Part shown: one piece after another, positions 63,790 through 64,000 of the stretch
How positions within the stretch are numbered: the stretch's first letter is position 1
Layout: each line of letters starts with the position of its first letter
From: Sminthopsis crassicaudata
Taxonomy: Eukaryota
Assembly: GCF_048593235.1 (NCBI RefSeq)
Contig: NC_133617.1
Coordinates: forward strand, 664,000,958-664,064,957
Direction: 5' to 3'
DNA length: 64,000 bases
Position numbers and translations under genes: made by a program
The notes under the pieces: model-generated
Seen by the model: the letters and a program-made list of their open reading frames with translations, nothing else
What the model was told of the DNA's origin: nothing
Database searches by the model: none

Positions 63790-64000
63790 TCAATGTGCCA
63801 GGCATTGTGCTAAGTGCTGGGGATACAAAGGTAAAAGACAATCTCTGCTCTGAAGGAAGTCACAGAATAACAGTTGGAGGCAGCATGCAAGCAACCATGT
63901 ACAAACAAACTAGTTGTGTACAATATTTGCTGGAAATAACCAACAGAAAGGAAGCATTAGAATTAAGGAAGGACAGAAAAGCCTTTATGTAGAAGGCTAT
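63790..64000 (-). mobile_element. L2-type 3' remnant (runs off window end)
   Basis: 'aatgtgccaggcattgtgctaagtgctggggatacaaagg'. Confidence 0.65.

Noticed and set aside
63771-63792. ggggttca direct repeat
   Set aside because: Two short units only, at an L2 edge; trivial
1-64000. CRISPR arrays, tRNA/rRNA genes, operons or prokaryotic defence systems
   Set aside because: None seen; tRNA-like A/B boxes occur only as SINE heads, and the sequence is a spliced mammalian gene

Overview
Mammalian intron-rich genomic DNA, AT-rich and CpG-poor, with two assembly gaps. The whole window lies inside one plus-strand gene, the H3K36 trimethyltransferase SETD2. Fourteen consecutive exons (human numbering 2-15) can be placed with AG/GT boundaries and consistent phases, giving 6,964 coding nt and about 2,321 stop-free codons. 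These include a 16-nt micro-exon 2, a 4,427-nt exon 3 and intact AWS-SET-postSET motifs. Exon 1 and exons 16 onward (WW and SRI domains) lie outside the window. The intronic repeats (WSINE1-type SINEs, marsupial-type L1 3' ends, MIR, L2, L3/CR1) point to a dasyurid marsupial, probably Tasmanian devil (inference). No prokaryotic-type system, CRISPR array or convincing RNA gene is present, and I do not see a clearly new biological system. The best leads are: (i) several candidate poison (stop-introducing) exons, the strongest in intron 9 with a perfect TACTAAC branch point and a TGA as its first codon; (ii) a decayed DNA-level duplicate of the 3' half of exon 4 that keeps its donor site; (iii) exon 14 beginning with a 5' splice-site motif, a recursive-splicing-type exon; (iv) a CpG-rich piggyBac-like terminus at a gap edge; (v) a nested L1 insertion that looks like a 3' transduction. 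Comparisons with human SETD2 and with repeat consensus sequences are from memory and need alignment. Repeat boundaries are approximate unless target-site duplications (TSDs) are given.
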